Counted from the stretch's first letter, positions 39,227-49,098 are shown. The stretch is 64,000 bases of DNA from Octopus vulgaris (GCA_951406725.2 OX597819.1:60512001-60576000), one strand, 5' to 3'. Notes: generated from the sequence alone by a model not told the origin. Numbers and translations: made by a program.

Positions 39227-42200
39227 AACTCACCTAAGCCCAACCCTGATTCTGTGATACAAACTTCCTGTTTTAATCCTTTAGCATTCAAACCAGTCAT
39301 ATCCAGCTCAAATATCTTCTCTGCTTTTTTGTTCAAACTGGCCAGGTCCAGCCTGTTACATCTACCCTACATTGTCATTCTAAAAATAAACAATCACATT
39401 GTTGAAATTTCAAAACTATGAGATAATTCACAATTAATTCAAAGCAATGTGAATAAATAGGCTTGACATTTGACAGAATAATTTGAATGCTAATGGGTTT
39501 AAGTTATCTGAATTAACACCTTCCAACCAACCCTTCTATCCATCACTCCCTCCCCTTTCCCATTTCACCTATCTCTTGTGTCTCCCCTCCCCCACCTCAT
39601 ATGCTCATGCAAGCTCCCCACTCACACTCCTAGTTTCTCTATCCCTAATCACTTCTACTCACCTCATACCTTGAGGGGGACACCTGGTCACCCTGTCACC
39701 GCTATTTATCTCTCTACAGTTTCCAGTGATTCAATCTCACTTTCTCCTCTGAATGTGAGTAGCCACATAGCTCCTCAACATCAAGAACCTGTTCTGCCCC
39801 ACCTACTTCTCATGCCTTAAACTCTCAACTCCTGGCCTAAAGCCATCCTCCATCACAGGTTTTGTAGTCCATGTGAGCTACCTCAGAACCTCACTGGTGC
39901 AGTGCTACAAAAATAAGCATACTGCATACACTGTCACTATAAAGAGACATCTGAGCATCATGGAATTATAGTAATAAATGCTTGTACAACATCGATGCCC
40001 CTCCCTGGGTGTCCGTGATTAATACCTAGTGACTGGCTAAAGCAAGATGACCAGTTTCCATGTGAAACTGCAGGTTTTATATCAGAGTGTCCCTCTCCTA
40101 AAAGATTGGTGTCAGGAAGGGCATCAGGTTGTAGGACACTGGAGACACTGGAGCACGATGCAGTCCTTGAACCCATTGGATCCTGTCAAACCATCCAGCC
40201 TGTGCCAGCACGGAACATGAACATTAACTGATGATGATGATGGTCATATAGGTGTGTGTGTGTCTGTGTCTATCCACCTCTGTTGCTTGGTAACCAGTGT
40301 TTGTCCTTGTAACTTTGTAGCTAGGCACAAGAGACCAATAGAATAAGTACCAAATTTTAAAAAACAAGTAATGAGTTGGTTTGACTGAAAATTCTCCAAG
40401 GCAGTGCCCCAGCATGGCCACAGTCCAATGATTGAAACGAGTAAATGATAAAAGATGAATGGCCAGAAAATTAAATTCTTTGGACATCCAGGTACTTCTG
40501 TTGATAAGCAATAACAATCAGCTGGTGCTTTCCTTCTAAAATTTACCCAATCACTTAATCACAACTAAGCATATTTTGCTGTTGACATAGTTGTTGAAGC
40601 CAACAAGCATTGAACCGGATATGTGTCTTTTGTCATCTACAACTCCTTATTGGTTGACTTGTGAGTAACTACAAGATTAAGTAGTTATATATAGAGCATG
40701 GTAAAATCCTTGTGAACAGGATTAAATTAAAAAATCACAAAAGATTTCAGTATTCATTACAGAGGTATAATGTCCGCTGAACCAGAAAATAATTATTTAT
40801 AATCATTGTGTATTTCAACAACAACCATCCTCCAACACTGACAGATTTTTCAACATATGAGATATTTATCAAGATATTGTTGGTTAACTCAAATCAATGT
40901 TACCCTCAAAATGCTCATATGTTTAATCTGTTACGTTTTACTTGCTTCAGTCGTTGGACTGCGGCCATGCTGGGGCATTGCCTAGAAGGGTTTTACTCGA
41001 ATAAATTGACTTTAGTACTTGCATAGAAGGATGAGGCTAGCTGGACACTGCGTCAGACACACCGATGAACTTTATTAACAACTCACCTAAGCCCAACCCT
41101 GATTCTGTGATACAAACTTCCTGTTTTAATCCTTTAGCATTCAAACCAGTCATATCCAGCCCAAATATCTTCTCTGCTTTTTTGTTCAAACTGGCCAGGT
41201 CCAGCCTGTTACATCTACCCTACATTGTCATTCTAAAAATAAACAATCACATTGTTGAAATTTCAAAACTATGAGATAATTCACAATTAATTCAAAGCAA
41301 TGTGAATAAATAGGCTTGACATTTGACAGAATAATTTGAATGCTAATGGGTTTAAGTTATCTGAATTAACACCTTCCAACCAACCCTTCTATCCATCACT
41401 CCCTTCCCTTTCCCATTTCACCTATCTCTTGTGTCTCCCCTCCCCCACCTCATATGCTCATGCAAGCTCCCCACTCACACTCCTAGTTTCTCTATCCCTA
41501 ATCACTTCTACTCACCTCATACCTTGAGGGGGACACCTGGTCACCCTGTCACCGCTATTTATCTCTCTACAGTTTCCAGTGATTCAATCTCACTTTCTCC
41601 TCTGAATGTGAGTAGCCACATAGCTCCTCAACATCAAGAACCTGTTCTGCCCCACCTACTTCTCATGCCTTAAACTCTCAACTCCTGGCCTAAAGCCATC
41701 CTCCATCACAGGTTTTGTAGTCCATGTGAGCTGCCTCAGAACCTCACTGGTGCAGTGCTACAAAAATAAGCATACTGCATACACTGTCACTATAAAGAGA
41801 CATCTGAGCATCATGGAATTATAGTAATAAATGCTTGTACAACATCGATGCCCCTCCCTGGGTGTCCGTGATTAATACCTAGTGACTGGCTAAAGCAAGA
41901 TGACCAGTTTCCATGTGAAACTGCAGGTTTTATATCAGAGTGTCCCTCTCCTAAAAGATTGGTGTCAGGAAGGGCATCAGGTTGTAGGACACTGGAGACA
42001 CTGGAGCACGATGCAGTCCTTGAACCCATTGGATCCTGTCAAACCATCCAGCCTGTGCCAGCACGGAACATGAACATTAACTGATGATGATGATGGTCAT
42101 ATAGGTGTGTGTGTGTCTGTGTCTATCCACCTCTGTTGCTTGGTAACCAGTGTTTGTCCTTGTAACTTTGTAGCTAGGCACAAGAGACCCATAGAATAAG

Positions 42201-45200
42201 TACCAAATTTTAAAAAAACAAGTAATGAGTTGGTTTGACTGAAAATTCTCCAAGGCAGTGCCCCAGCATGGCCACAGTCCAATGATTGAAACGAGTAAAT
42301 GATAAAAGATGAATGGCCAGAAAATTAAATTCTTTGGACATCCAGGTACTTCTGTTGATAAGCAATAACAATCAGCTGGTGCTTTCCTTCTAAAACTCAT
42401 CCAATCACTTAATCACAACCAAGCATATTTTGTTGTTGACATAGTTGTTGAAGCCAACAAACATTGAACCGGATATGTGTCTTTTGTCATCTACAACTTC
42501 TTATTGGTTGAATTGTGAGTAACTACAAGATTAAGTAGTTATATATAGAGCATGGTAAAATCCCTGTGAACAGGATTAAAGTAAAAGATCACAAAAGATT
42601 TCAGTATTCATTACAGAGTTACAATGTCCACTGAACAAGAAAATAATTATTTATAATCATTGTGTATTTCAACAACAACCATCCTCCAACACTGACAGAT
42701 TTTTCAACATAGGAGATATTTATCAAGATATTGTTGGTTAACTCAAATCAATGTTACCCTCAAAATGCTCATATGTTTAATCTGTTACGTTTTACTTGCT
42801 TCAGTCGTTGGACTGCGGCCATGCTGGGGCATTGCCTAGAAGGGTTTTACTCGAATAAATTGACTTTAGTACTTGCATAGAAGGATGAGGCTAGCTGGAC
42901 ACTGCGTCAGACACACTGATGAAATTGCTAACAACCTAGTACACTGGGAACCAATGGAAGGAAGAACCAGGAGAGGATGGAGGAAGAGGACCTATATCAA
43001 CAACTTGCTGGAGGATACTGGTATGGCGGCGAGCTGGCAGTAATGTTAGCACACCGGGCGAAATGCTTAGCGGTATTTCGTCTGCCGTTACGTTGTGAGT
43101 TCAAATTCCGCCGAGGTCGACTTTGCCTTTCATCCTTTCGGGGTTGATAAATTAAGTACCAGTTACGCACTGGGGTCGATGTAATCGACTTAATACCTAT
43201 GTCTGTCCTTGTTTGTCCCCTCTATGTTTAGCCCCTTGTGGGTAGTAAAGAAATAGGTATGGAGGGGGTACAGGAGCTGAGAACCATTATGGAAGATCGA
43301 GATGAATGGGGAAAATGTGCTGCATAAGGGGACATAACTCGAAACTACATGTTTGCAAAGCAAGCTTCTTAATGAAACATACCCACAACTATGTGGACTG
43401 CTGTTAAATAAGTTTAACCCATAAAGTGCTGGGATTTGCACTTACATAGCATGGACTGCTGAGCACATTTTATGAAAATGAGACTACCATGCACACATAG
43501 AAAACAAAAAAATACTTAAAATATCTTCTTAGTATATAATGGTGGCAAGTTTTACATCATCTGAAAAGTCATTAGTTGAACTATTAGGCCTCTTGCATAT
43601 TGAAAATATTAAACACCAGAGGGAGCTATAATTCTTTGTGAGACATAGAGTAAGAGAATTACATCTGTTTAAGTTGAAAATGTATCTGGTTTGAGGTTGA
43701 AGTGTTGGCTGATAGTGTCTTGACATTATTATTGCAATGAGTTAACACTTAGTTATCCATAATAATTATGTCGAGCCATCTTGATGTAACTGGGTCAATT
43801 TGGATGTAAATTAGGTTTGGTCTGTCTTGACATAAATTAAGTCTATGAAGATGTAAATGGGTCAATCAAGATCAGTCTAGATGTAAATTACTTCCATCTA
43901 GAATGTAAATTAAGGTCGATCTAGATGGAATTTAGGTTTATCTAGATTTAAATTAGATTTATCTTTATGTAAATTAGTTGACCTAGGTCGAAATGGATGT
44001 AAACTAGCTTGACCTAAAATATAAATGAGGACTATCTGGCTGTAACTTTTGTTGATCTGGATGTAAATGACAGTTGATCAGTAAGTTAAATAGGTCAATT
44101 TATACAGATGTTTGGATAGAATTCCTTGTGATATTTGTTCCAACTCTTGGCACACTGAGTTCAAACCTCACCAAAATCAACTTTGCCTTTCATTCTTTTG
44201 AGTTTGAGGAAAAAGTATCAATCAGGTTTGGTGAATTGACAGAACTGTAGAAGCATTGGACAAAATGCCTCGTGTATCTTTTCCTCTGACCCTCTATAAC
44301 ATTGGTTAGTGAGTCTGTATGTAAGTGGTTGGGTGAATGTATTCAGAGGTAAAGCTTCACTCCATCACTGTTCCAAATTTCCTTTCCTTCATGTATTTTC
44401 CCAAAGCAATTGGTGATGATGTTCAAATGTTGACCAGGCAAAGACAGAAGACTTATACTTCTCTTCCTGAATAGCATTGGTCAGTTGGTTGAGTGTGACA
44501 ACTTGGTAAACATTGATGTCTTAATTAAAATCTGGAAATTTCCTTTCTTTTCTCTTTTTAACCATTTAACATTTAGACCAGTGGTTCTCAACCGGGATCC
44601 ATATGATCCCTAAGGGTTCACATAAGATTTTTGGAGGTCCCCACAACAAAATAGTAAATTGGGGATCCACAATAGTATTTTAAGGGCCCCTGAAAAAAAA
44701 TTGCTTTAGTTGTATGTATTGGTATGTATTGCAAGAAACAGCTGGGTTTCTTTCTCTAACATTTTACATAATTCAACCTACACAAGTTGATGTGTGAAAA
44801 CATTAATAAATAACATTCCATAAAATTAGTTTTTAAACGTCAACTGGCTACAAGGGCCCACCAGAATAAAGTAGTGATCATTGGGGTCTAAAATGGTTGA
44901 GAACTCCTGATTTACATTATTCTGAATTAATCATGCATTATCTCATAGCTTTAAGATTTCAATGATGTTTATTTTTAGAATGACATTGTAAGATAGGTGT
45001 GAAAGGCTGGATTTGGCTGGTTTAATCATTATACAACATTTGGGCAGGGAATAGCTGACTTAAATGCTAATGCTAAAAGATTGAACCTATTTCCTGTGAC
45101 CCTTTGTAATACGTTGACATAGTATTTTAGTTCTTTTGTGAAGTACTTGCCATTGAGTGGACAGGCAGTTCTGTTCCTGTAGTTGCATCCTGTTACCAGG

Positions 45201-45465
45201 TTTGACATTGGCTCCTGAAGTTGCATCCTGTTAGCAAGTTTGACATTTTTTCTAAGTGTGTATATAGTTTCATTGCTTTGAGCTATTAAGTGGCAGCAGG
45301 GTTTTTCTAGTCAACCTTGAAATATTTATAGTCACTTCTTGGTTGGTTATCAAAATATTTTGAATTTTATTTCATTGTAGGAATCAGTCTGAATTGGAAG
45401 ATGATATGGAATTAAATGTTGTACATTGGAATAATCCCTACAAAGTTGTTAACACTAGCAGCTGA
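11694..45465 (+). CDS. ZC3H14: Zinc finger CCCH domain-containing protein 14 (Nab2/MSUT2 orthologue), 16 coding exons, 2163 nt spliced CDS, about 720 aa
   Basis: Exons join in frame with GT-AG introns. They give an N-terminal PWI-like domain (MEIGNEISQKIRSAIKTKLVELGAYEDEELPDYIMVMVANKK..), the conserved QANKxLLLKAV and FIVTLDG motifs, and five C-terminal CCCH fingers, matching the ZC3H14 architecture. Confidence 0.95.
12825..12867 (+). CDS. ZC3H14: ZC3H14 exon 2 (SAIKTKLVELGAYE)
   Basis: ttgtag acceptor, GTAAGC donor, phase 0 to 1. Confidence 0.93.
12960..14760 (-). mobile_element. Degraded CR1/Jockey-group LINE in intron 2
   Basis: Minus strand gives PTKATGPDNI..(fs)ASKLAPILTKL (pre-RT motif) and NNGLCSSELAA..LQPFKRKVN (C-terminal motif); many stops. 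Confidence 0.65.
14785..14986 (+). mobile_element. SINE family A
   Basis: GGCGGCAAGCTGGCAGAAACGTTAGC head, GAGTTCAAATTC B box, family core. Confidence 0.75.
15203..15945 (+). mobile_element. tRNA-headed, hammerhead-containing Penelope-like non-autonomous element (inverted deleted copy + direct copy), interrupted by an RTE 3' fragment at ~15218-15537
   Basis: Perfect TSD AAGGACTGGGAT at 15191-15202 and 15946-15957; head-to-head tRNA-like segments around 15652; (AAT)n spacer; hammerhead motif at 15821-15866. Confidence 0.75.
15821..15866 (+). ncRNA. Minimal type-I hammerhead ribozyme motif (degenerate copy)
   Basis: GACAC-TTGATGA-A-GGCTG(loop)CAGCT-GAAA-CA-TT-GTGTT; stem I GACAC/GUGUU, stem II GGCUG/CAGCU. 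Confidence 0.6.
16824..16938 (+). CDS. ZC3H14: ZC3H14 exon 3 (DEELPDYIMVMVANKKTREQMNEDLHLFLGNSTEKFTAW)
   Basis: atag acceptor, GTGAGT donor; core of the PWI-like domain. Confidence 0.95.
17495..17722 (-). mobile_element. SINE family A
   Basis: Reverse complement of the 14785/43025 sequence. Confidence 0.75.
17990..18295 (+). mobile_element. tRNA-derived SINE flanked by a ~100-bp direct duplication
   Basis: TGGCTTAGTGG A box, GGGTTCGAATCTC B box; related heads at 22138, 29735 and 47930-48225 (-). Confidence 0.75.
18726..18766 (+). CDS. ZC3H14: ZC3H14 exon 4 (LLSILNKLKAITI)
   Basis: cacag acceptor, GTAAGA donor, phase 2 to 1; aligns with human WLHGVLDKLRSV. Confidence 0.88.
19430..19890 (-). 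mobile_element. SINE family A multimer
   Basis: Tandem copies bounded by TAGAAAGGTGCATG(G/A)AAT direct repeats. Confidence 0.7.
20465..20871 (-). mobile_element. SINE family B, young copy
   Basis: Full head-to-tail reverse complement of 51291-51715. Confidence 0.8.
21370..21501 (+). CDS. ZC3H14: ZC3H14 exon 5 (GNPPSVAAVIPQEV..LLLQTET)
   Basis: ttttag acceptor, GTAAAA donor, 132-nt open phase-1 exon. Confidence 0.8.
22705..23111 (+). CDS. ZC3H14: ZC3H14 exon 6 (DEFNEEQEEIN..QQQLQLAR), S/T-rich linker
   Basis: Long T tract + cag, GTAAGT donor; matches ORF 22674-23135. Confidence 0.88.
23423..23559 (+). CDS. ZC3H14: ZC3H14 exon 7 (QNRKRRVPGSVIG..YGSVASVIRVTER); contains basic NLS-like RKRR
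   Basis: ttttcag acceptor, GTAAGT donor, phase 0 to 2. Confidence 0.9.
23615..24595 (-). mobile_element. RTE LINE 3' end with ORF terminus
   Basis: Minus strand VEGTCGRGRPSKTWD*VVKHNLRTLGLTEAMTSDRDLWRYAVLEKTQQAK*, followed by the subrepeat UTR and (GAT)n tail. Confidence 0.82.
24876..25384 (+). mobile_element. Non-autonomous Helitron, copy 2 (intron 7)
   Basis: TC..CCCGAGCAACGCCGGG..CTAG|T; nearly identical to 3432-3941. Confidence 0.85.
26243..26343 (+). CDS. ZC3H14: ZC3H14 exon 8 (SSIPPELQANKCLLLKAVKDAHKSL..)
   Basis: cttcag acceptor, GTATGT donor; conserved PPxxQANKxLxLKA motif. Confidence 0.92.
27560..28070 (+). mobile_element. RTE-clade LINE relic (third family)
   Basis: LLYSCETWALSAALRSCLNSFGTRTL.. 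and QLRLFGHVAR motifs. Confidence 0.75.
28328..28489 (+). CDS. ZC3H14: ZC3H14 exon 9 (EHAMIKPMF..NFGDDDD)
   Basis: tatttag acceptor, GTAATT donor, 162-nt phase-1 symmetric exon. Confidence 0.8.
30392..30623 (+). CDS. ZC3H14: ZC3H14 exon 10 (ELEARQNKLRQ..ARIVKKN)
   Basis: ttacag acceptor, GTAAAA donor; matches ORF 30394-30627. Confidence 0.85.
31743..31927 (+). CDS. ZC3H14: ZC3H14 exon 11 (KETEDKTQFIVTLDG..SDTTDE)
   Basis: ttattag acceptor, GTAAGG donor; conserved FIVTLDG motif. Confidence 0.9.
32599..32719 (+). CDS. ZC3H14: ZC3H14 exon 12 (ZnF1 CKFWPSCQNGTHCKYYHP)
   Basis: ttgtag acceptor, GTAAGT donor; C-x5-C-x5-C-x3-H finger. Confidence 0.94.
33195..33372. mobile_element. piggyBac-like MITE
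   Basis: TTAA|CCCTTTTGTTA..TAACGAAAGGG|TTAA terminal inverted repeats with TTAA target; relatives at ~28515-28720 and ~39272-39502. Confidence 0.7.
33410..33840 (+). mobile_element. RTE LINE 3' end with ORF terminus
   Basis: VEGICGRG*SRKT*DKVVRMDLQMLGLTEEMIQDQKLWQFAVLEKMRQAK*, then UTR and (GAT)n. Confidence 0.8.
34511..34653 (+). CDS. ZC3H14: ZC3H14 exon 13 (ZnF2/ZnF3: KFPKCKFGQDCLYIHPKCKFDTKCSRTDCPFSH)
   Basis: tttcag acceptor, GTAAGT donor; not in the ORF track. Confidence 0.94.
34826..35040 (-). mobile_element. SINE family A with 17-bp TSD
   Basis: CTTATGAATACTTATAA repeated on both flanks. Confidence 0.75.
35662..35774 (+). CDS. ZC3H14: ZC3H14 exon 14 (ZnF4 CKFFPTCKNMNCPFTHPK)
   Basis: T tract + aatag acceptor (alternative in-frame cag 6 nt downstream), GTAAGC donor. 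Confidence 0.9.
37474..37583 (+). CDS. ZC3H14: ZC3H14 exon 15 (ZnF5 PCRYGISCTNKTFCTFYHP..QLRWKAEKSRA)
   Basis: Strong pyrimidine tract + cag, GTATGT donor; LxW motif as at the ZC3H14 C-terminus. Confidence 0.92.
39124..39244. repeat. Perfect inverted repeat, 57-bp arms, 7-nt loop
   Basis: GTTGGGCTTAGGTGAGTTGTT(AAT)11CAT-gatgatg-ATG(ATT)11AACAACTCACCTAAGCCCAAC. Confidence 0.92.
39219..42923. repeat. 1853-bp tandem segmental duplication in ZC3H14 intron 15
   Basis: ATTAACAACTCACCTAAGCC at 39221 and 41074; duplicated ORF-track entries; scattered substitutions. Confidence 0.95.
43025..43256 (+). mobile_element. SINE family A, young CpG-rich copy, inserted in an RTE relic (42880-43320)
   Basis: Intact head and core, GGTATGG flanking repeat; host reads RMRLAGHCVRH..WEPMEGRTRRG..LLEDTG/MEGVQELRTIMEDRDEW. 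Confidence 0.8.
43778..44101. repeat. Degenerate ~21-bp minisatellite (consensus approx. TCTAGATGTAAATTAGGTCGA)
   Basis: Recurrent GATGTAAAT cores at about 21-bp spacing. Confidence 0.7.
44579..44909. mobile_element. hAT (Charlie-like) MITE
   Basis: TIRs CAGTGGTTCTCAACC / GGTTGAGAACTCCTG; imperfect 8-bp TSD ATTTAGAC/ATTTACAT. Confidence 0.75.
45110..45250 (-). mobile_element. Penelope-like element fragment (Cys-rich linker before GIY-YIG)
   Basis: GCNYRNRTACPLNGKYFTKELKYYVNV resembles the Neptune-type CNCR-x-CPLxGxC linker. Confidence 0.6.
45381..45465 (+). CDS. ZC3H14: ZC3H14 probable last coding exon (ENQSELEDDMELNVVHWNNPYKVVNTSS*); exon continues to a donor at 45474
   Basis: ttcattgtag acceptor in the required phase 2, open frame to TGA 45463-45465, consensus GTAAGT 8 nt later. 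No homology support for the peptide. Confidence 0.65.
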
Positions 45466-45849
45466 TAACATGGGTAAGTCAAGACATGGTCTCTCTGGGC
45501 CACATACAAGTATTGCATTATATCGTCTCTGGGTCAGCTATATAGCTATACATATGTTAATGTACTCACTGACAATAGATTACACTTAAATTTCACACAG
45601 TTCAGTGATTTACAGTCAACAGGATGTGTGTCTGTCTGACAGTAAAGAGCATATTCATTTTCTTCTGCAAGCTTCTGTTAAGGTATAGCCTATCAAAGAT
45701 TACATTCTGGTGCAGCCATCTGGTTCGCCAGTCCTCAGTCAAATTGTCCAACCCATGCTAGCATGGAAAGCGGATGTTAAACGATGATGATGATGATATA
45801 TATGTTAAATAAAATGAGACAACAAAACCAAGGCTGTGTGGAATTTTCA

Positions 45850-46789
45850 GGACATTTATAAAGAGAAAGTTAGTCTTACAGCTGTTTCTGGGATATTAGG
45901 GATATCGCTTTATCAGAGACGATGTGAAATGGTTAAATAGAGGGAAATATTAGAGTTCAATATGAGGAGTTATTTTAGAAAAGGAAGCAAATAAGGTATA
46001 TATAGGGAAATAGGAGAATGAATGTAGAAATAAAAATAAAAATGTATAAAAATGTTATAGTTGCTGTTATAGTTACATTATCCAAGGAATGTGGTGTGTA
46101 GAAGTGCTTCTTTTCTGTGGTATGTAAATTTCAATAGGAATTCATATTTTGTCATCACAAATGGAAAGTGTGGAAACATAGATTCCGTGTACTGTTCATT
46201 CAAAGGGGTCTTGTGGGGGGGGAATGAAAATTTGAGAATGTAATGGTAGTGTTAAGTGGATAGAAAGGGGAGAAGAGATGTGTGTTTCAAAATGAAGAGA
46301 GAGGTCAGAGGAAAAAGTGAGAAAAGAAGGAAAGAAAGAGGAAGAGAAAATGAAAAAAGTGTAAAGAAGTGAAAAAGGAGTGTTAGTTGGTGCTCAAGAT
46401 ATTATGAGGGGGATGGGAAGAGGAGTAGGGGAGGGGTAAGAAGAGATAAGAATGTAAGTAATGAATGTGTGTGTGGTGGGGTGGTATGTTAGAATGGCAT
46501 TAAGAGAGGGTACAGAAAAGGTATAAGAGGAAGGGTTTTCTAAAGTGAGTAGTAAACTACAAATTGGAAGGGAAGAATACTAAGAATGGTCAAGTTACTA
46601 TAAATAGACTTATGTGTATATTCTACTGGCTAATGTGATAGTGCGGGTAGAGGAATCAGAGAGAAAGAAAGAGAGAAGTGTATATCGATATACGCACACA
46701 CACATGTACATATATATGCACAACGATGATGATGATGATGATGATGCATACACACATATGCATGCATATATGAATACACCTGTGCACAT

Positions 46790-46840
<51 letters not shown>

Positions 46841-47240
46841 TATATCTGCATATGTACTCATGATTGCCCATATGTGTAGTATTAAACAATTAAAATAAGT
46901 TTGAAGAGTTGTTTAATATGTGGAATGCCTCTTTTAGGCATAACTTACAGGCTGAGTGTTGACCTTGGCATAGAAGCACTGAATCTATTATGGACCATGA
47001 CAAGATGTAGGGAATATTTCTGTTTTTCAGATGATGTATGAAACTGGCGAGTTTTGTAGATTTACTGTGTTTCTCATATCTCAAAAAATAGGGATATGCA
47101 GCATATTGTTGTTTAAAATTCATAGTTGATCCTATATATATATGGTTGTAGAGTTGTGTAACGTGTTGAGGACAGTGCATTTATAAATGCAATGGGTTTG
47201 TAGAGGGCAGATGGTACCAGGACAACAGTTACATGGTAGT
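45850..47240 (-). mobile_element. Penelope-like element relic: GIY-YIG endonuclease plus 3' pLTR region with hammerhead
   Basis: CNCCPGTICPL linker (47180-47240); ORF 46890-47180 IYIGSTMNFKQQY..STKLASFIHHLK..WSII..CKLCLKEAFHI; hammerhead motif at 45873-45920 on the same strand. Confidence 0.8.
45873..45920 (-). ncRNA. Penelope-type minimal hammerhead motif (mutated core)
   Basis: GTCT-CTGATAA-AGCGATATccctaATATCCCA-GAAA-CAGCTG-TA-AGAC: stem I GUCU/AGAC, palindromic helix III ACAGCUGU, GUA cleavage triplet. Confidence 0.6.
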
Positions 47241-47344
47241 GCATTGTGGGGATTATTCTCCCTACCTCACACACCTCACGCGTATTCATTACTTACATTC
47301 TTATCTCCTCCTCTCCTATCTCCCCTCATAATATCTTGATATCT

Positions 47345-47587
47345 ACCCCTTCAGGTAGGTGGCCCTGCTCGATCTGTAGAAAAGGTGTAGGTAGAACCTC
47401 CATAAGATGTACCCAGTGCAAGCTATGGACACATAAGAGGTACAGCAATATCAAATGAAAATTAACCGGGAAGATAGCTTTCGTGTGCGGTAGATGCACA
47501 GGGGCAATAGACACCATTGATACTCAGAAAACAGATTCCATTACACTCCTTGGGGAGAAACTAGAAGTAGTTGATAGTTTCCGCTAA
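47345..47587 (+). mobile_element. RTE RT fragment containing a PHD-like Cys/His finger
   Basis: WPCSICRKGVGRTSIRCTQCKLWTHKRYSNIK*KLTGKIAFVCGRC..GEKLEVVDSFR*, ending in the motif that precedes RT domain-7 YLG. Confidence 0.7.
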
Positions 47588-47648
47588 CGATGATGATGAG
47601 TGGATTTGGTAGACGGAAACTGAAAGAAGCCTGTCGTATATATGTATA

Positions 47649-47705
<57 letters not shown>

Positions 47706-47896
47706 TGTATGTCTGTGTTTGTCCCCCTTGACAACCGATGCTGGTGTGTTTATGTCCCCGTCACTTAGCAGTTCGGCAAAAGAGACCGATAGAATAAGTA
47801 CTGGGCTTACAAAAGAATAAGTTGCGGGGTCGAGTTGCTCGATTAAAGGCGGTGCTCCAGCATGGCCGCAGTCAAATGACTGAAAAGAGTAAAAGA

Positions 47897-47929
<33 letters not shown>

Positions 47930-47933
<4 letters not shown>

Positions 47934-48225
47934 TGTCACCGTGACCGACCAGGCTATCAGATGTTGCTACACCTCGCTGGTCACAATGCGCTTCGCATTG
48001 TTTTAGCCTTCAAATGACGCCACCCCGCTGGCTAAGCGAGCAGGCCAACAGAAGAAAGAGAGAAAGTTGTGGCGAAAGAGTACAGCAGGGATCGCCACCA
48101 CCCCCTGCCGGAGCCTCGTGGAGCTTTAGGTGTTTTCGCTCAATAAATACTCCCGGTCTGGGAATCGAAACCACGATCCTACGACCGCGAGTCCGCTGCC
48201 CTAACCACTGGGCCATTGCGCCTCC
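47930..48225 (-). mobile_element. tRNA-derived SINE, young copy
   Basis: Minus head GGAGGCGCAATGGCCCAGTGGTTAGGGC..GGTTTCGATTCCC; older + copy at 29735-30040. Confidence 0.75.
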
Positions 48226-48238
48226 ACACACACACACG

Positions 48239-48276
<38 letters not shown>

Positions 48277-48345
48277 CAATTGCGTTCTTGTCCCTTTTTG
48301 TACTTTATTTTATATATATATATATATAGCGGCATACGTACACTT

Positions 48346-48412
<67 letters not shown>

Positions 48413-49060
48413 TATTTGAGGAGATTCGTTATGAGTTTATGAATATACCATAAACAAGTTTAACAAAAAAAAAATGGAGAGAGAGATGTTGAAACGGATT
48501 CATTTTATACTTGTATATTCTTATACCGCAAATATTATTTTCATATTCTTATTACCTGTTTTGGCTGATTTTCGTGAATATGAAAGAATCCTTATTAGAA
48601 ATCACCTTTTCTCTCTTTTTTAATCCCCCCAAAAGTTTGAATTGTTCTTTTTGAACTTACCTTTTCTCTCTCTCTCTCTCTTACACACCCACACGCGTAT
48701 ACACTTCCTTTTTTAAGATAATAGGTTAGAATGTGAGGAAGATTTAGTTGCTATTTCTAACTGTCATTTACAGGACCTGGGATTATCTTTAGGTTTCATG
48801 GCATTAAGCACATGAGAGACAAATCTTCCTTTTTTCGATGGACAGATTTTTGTTGAGGACAGAATTGAATTCAATACCGTAAATAAACAAGTCATTTGCC
48901 TGCTATGTGAAAACACTATTTCCTCGTTACTTATTCTTTAAAAATAGTATATCTGGGTGTTCTACCACCACCACCAATATTTTGGTCCTGAAGGCTAGGG
49001 CTATGGTCTTTGTAGGCCCCTCAACACTGGTGCTGTAGCCTTGTGCATCTAGTAAAAAGG

Positions 49061-49097
<37 letters not shown>

Positions 49098-49098
<1 letters not shown>

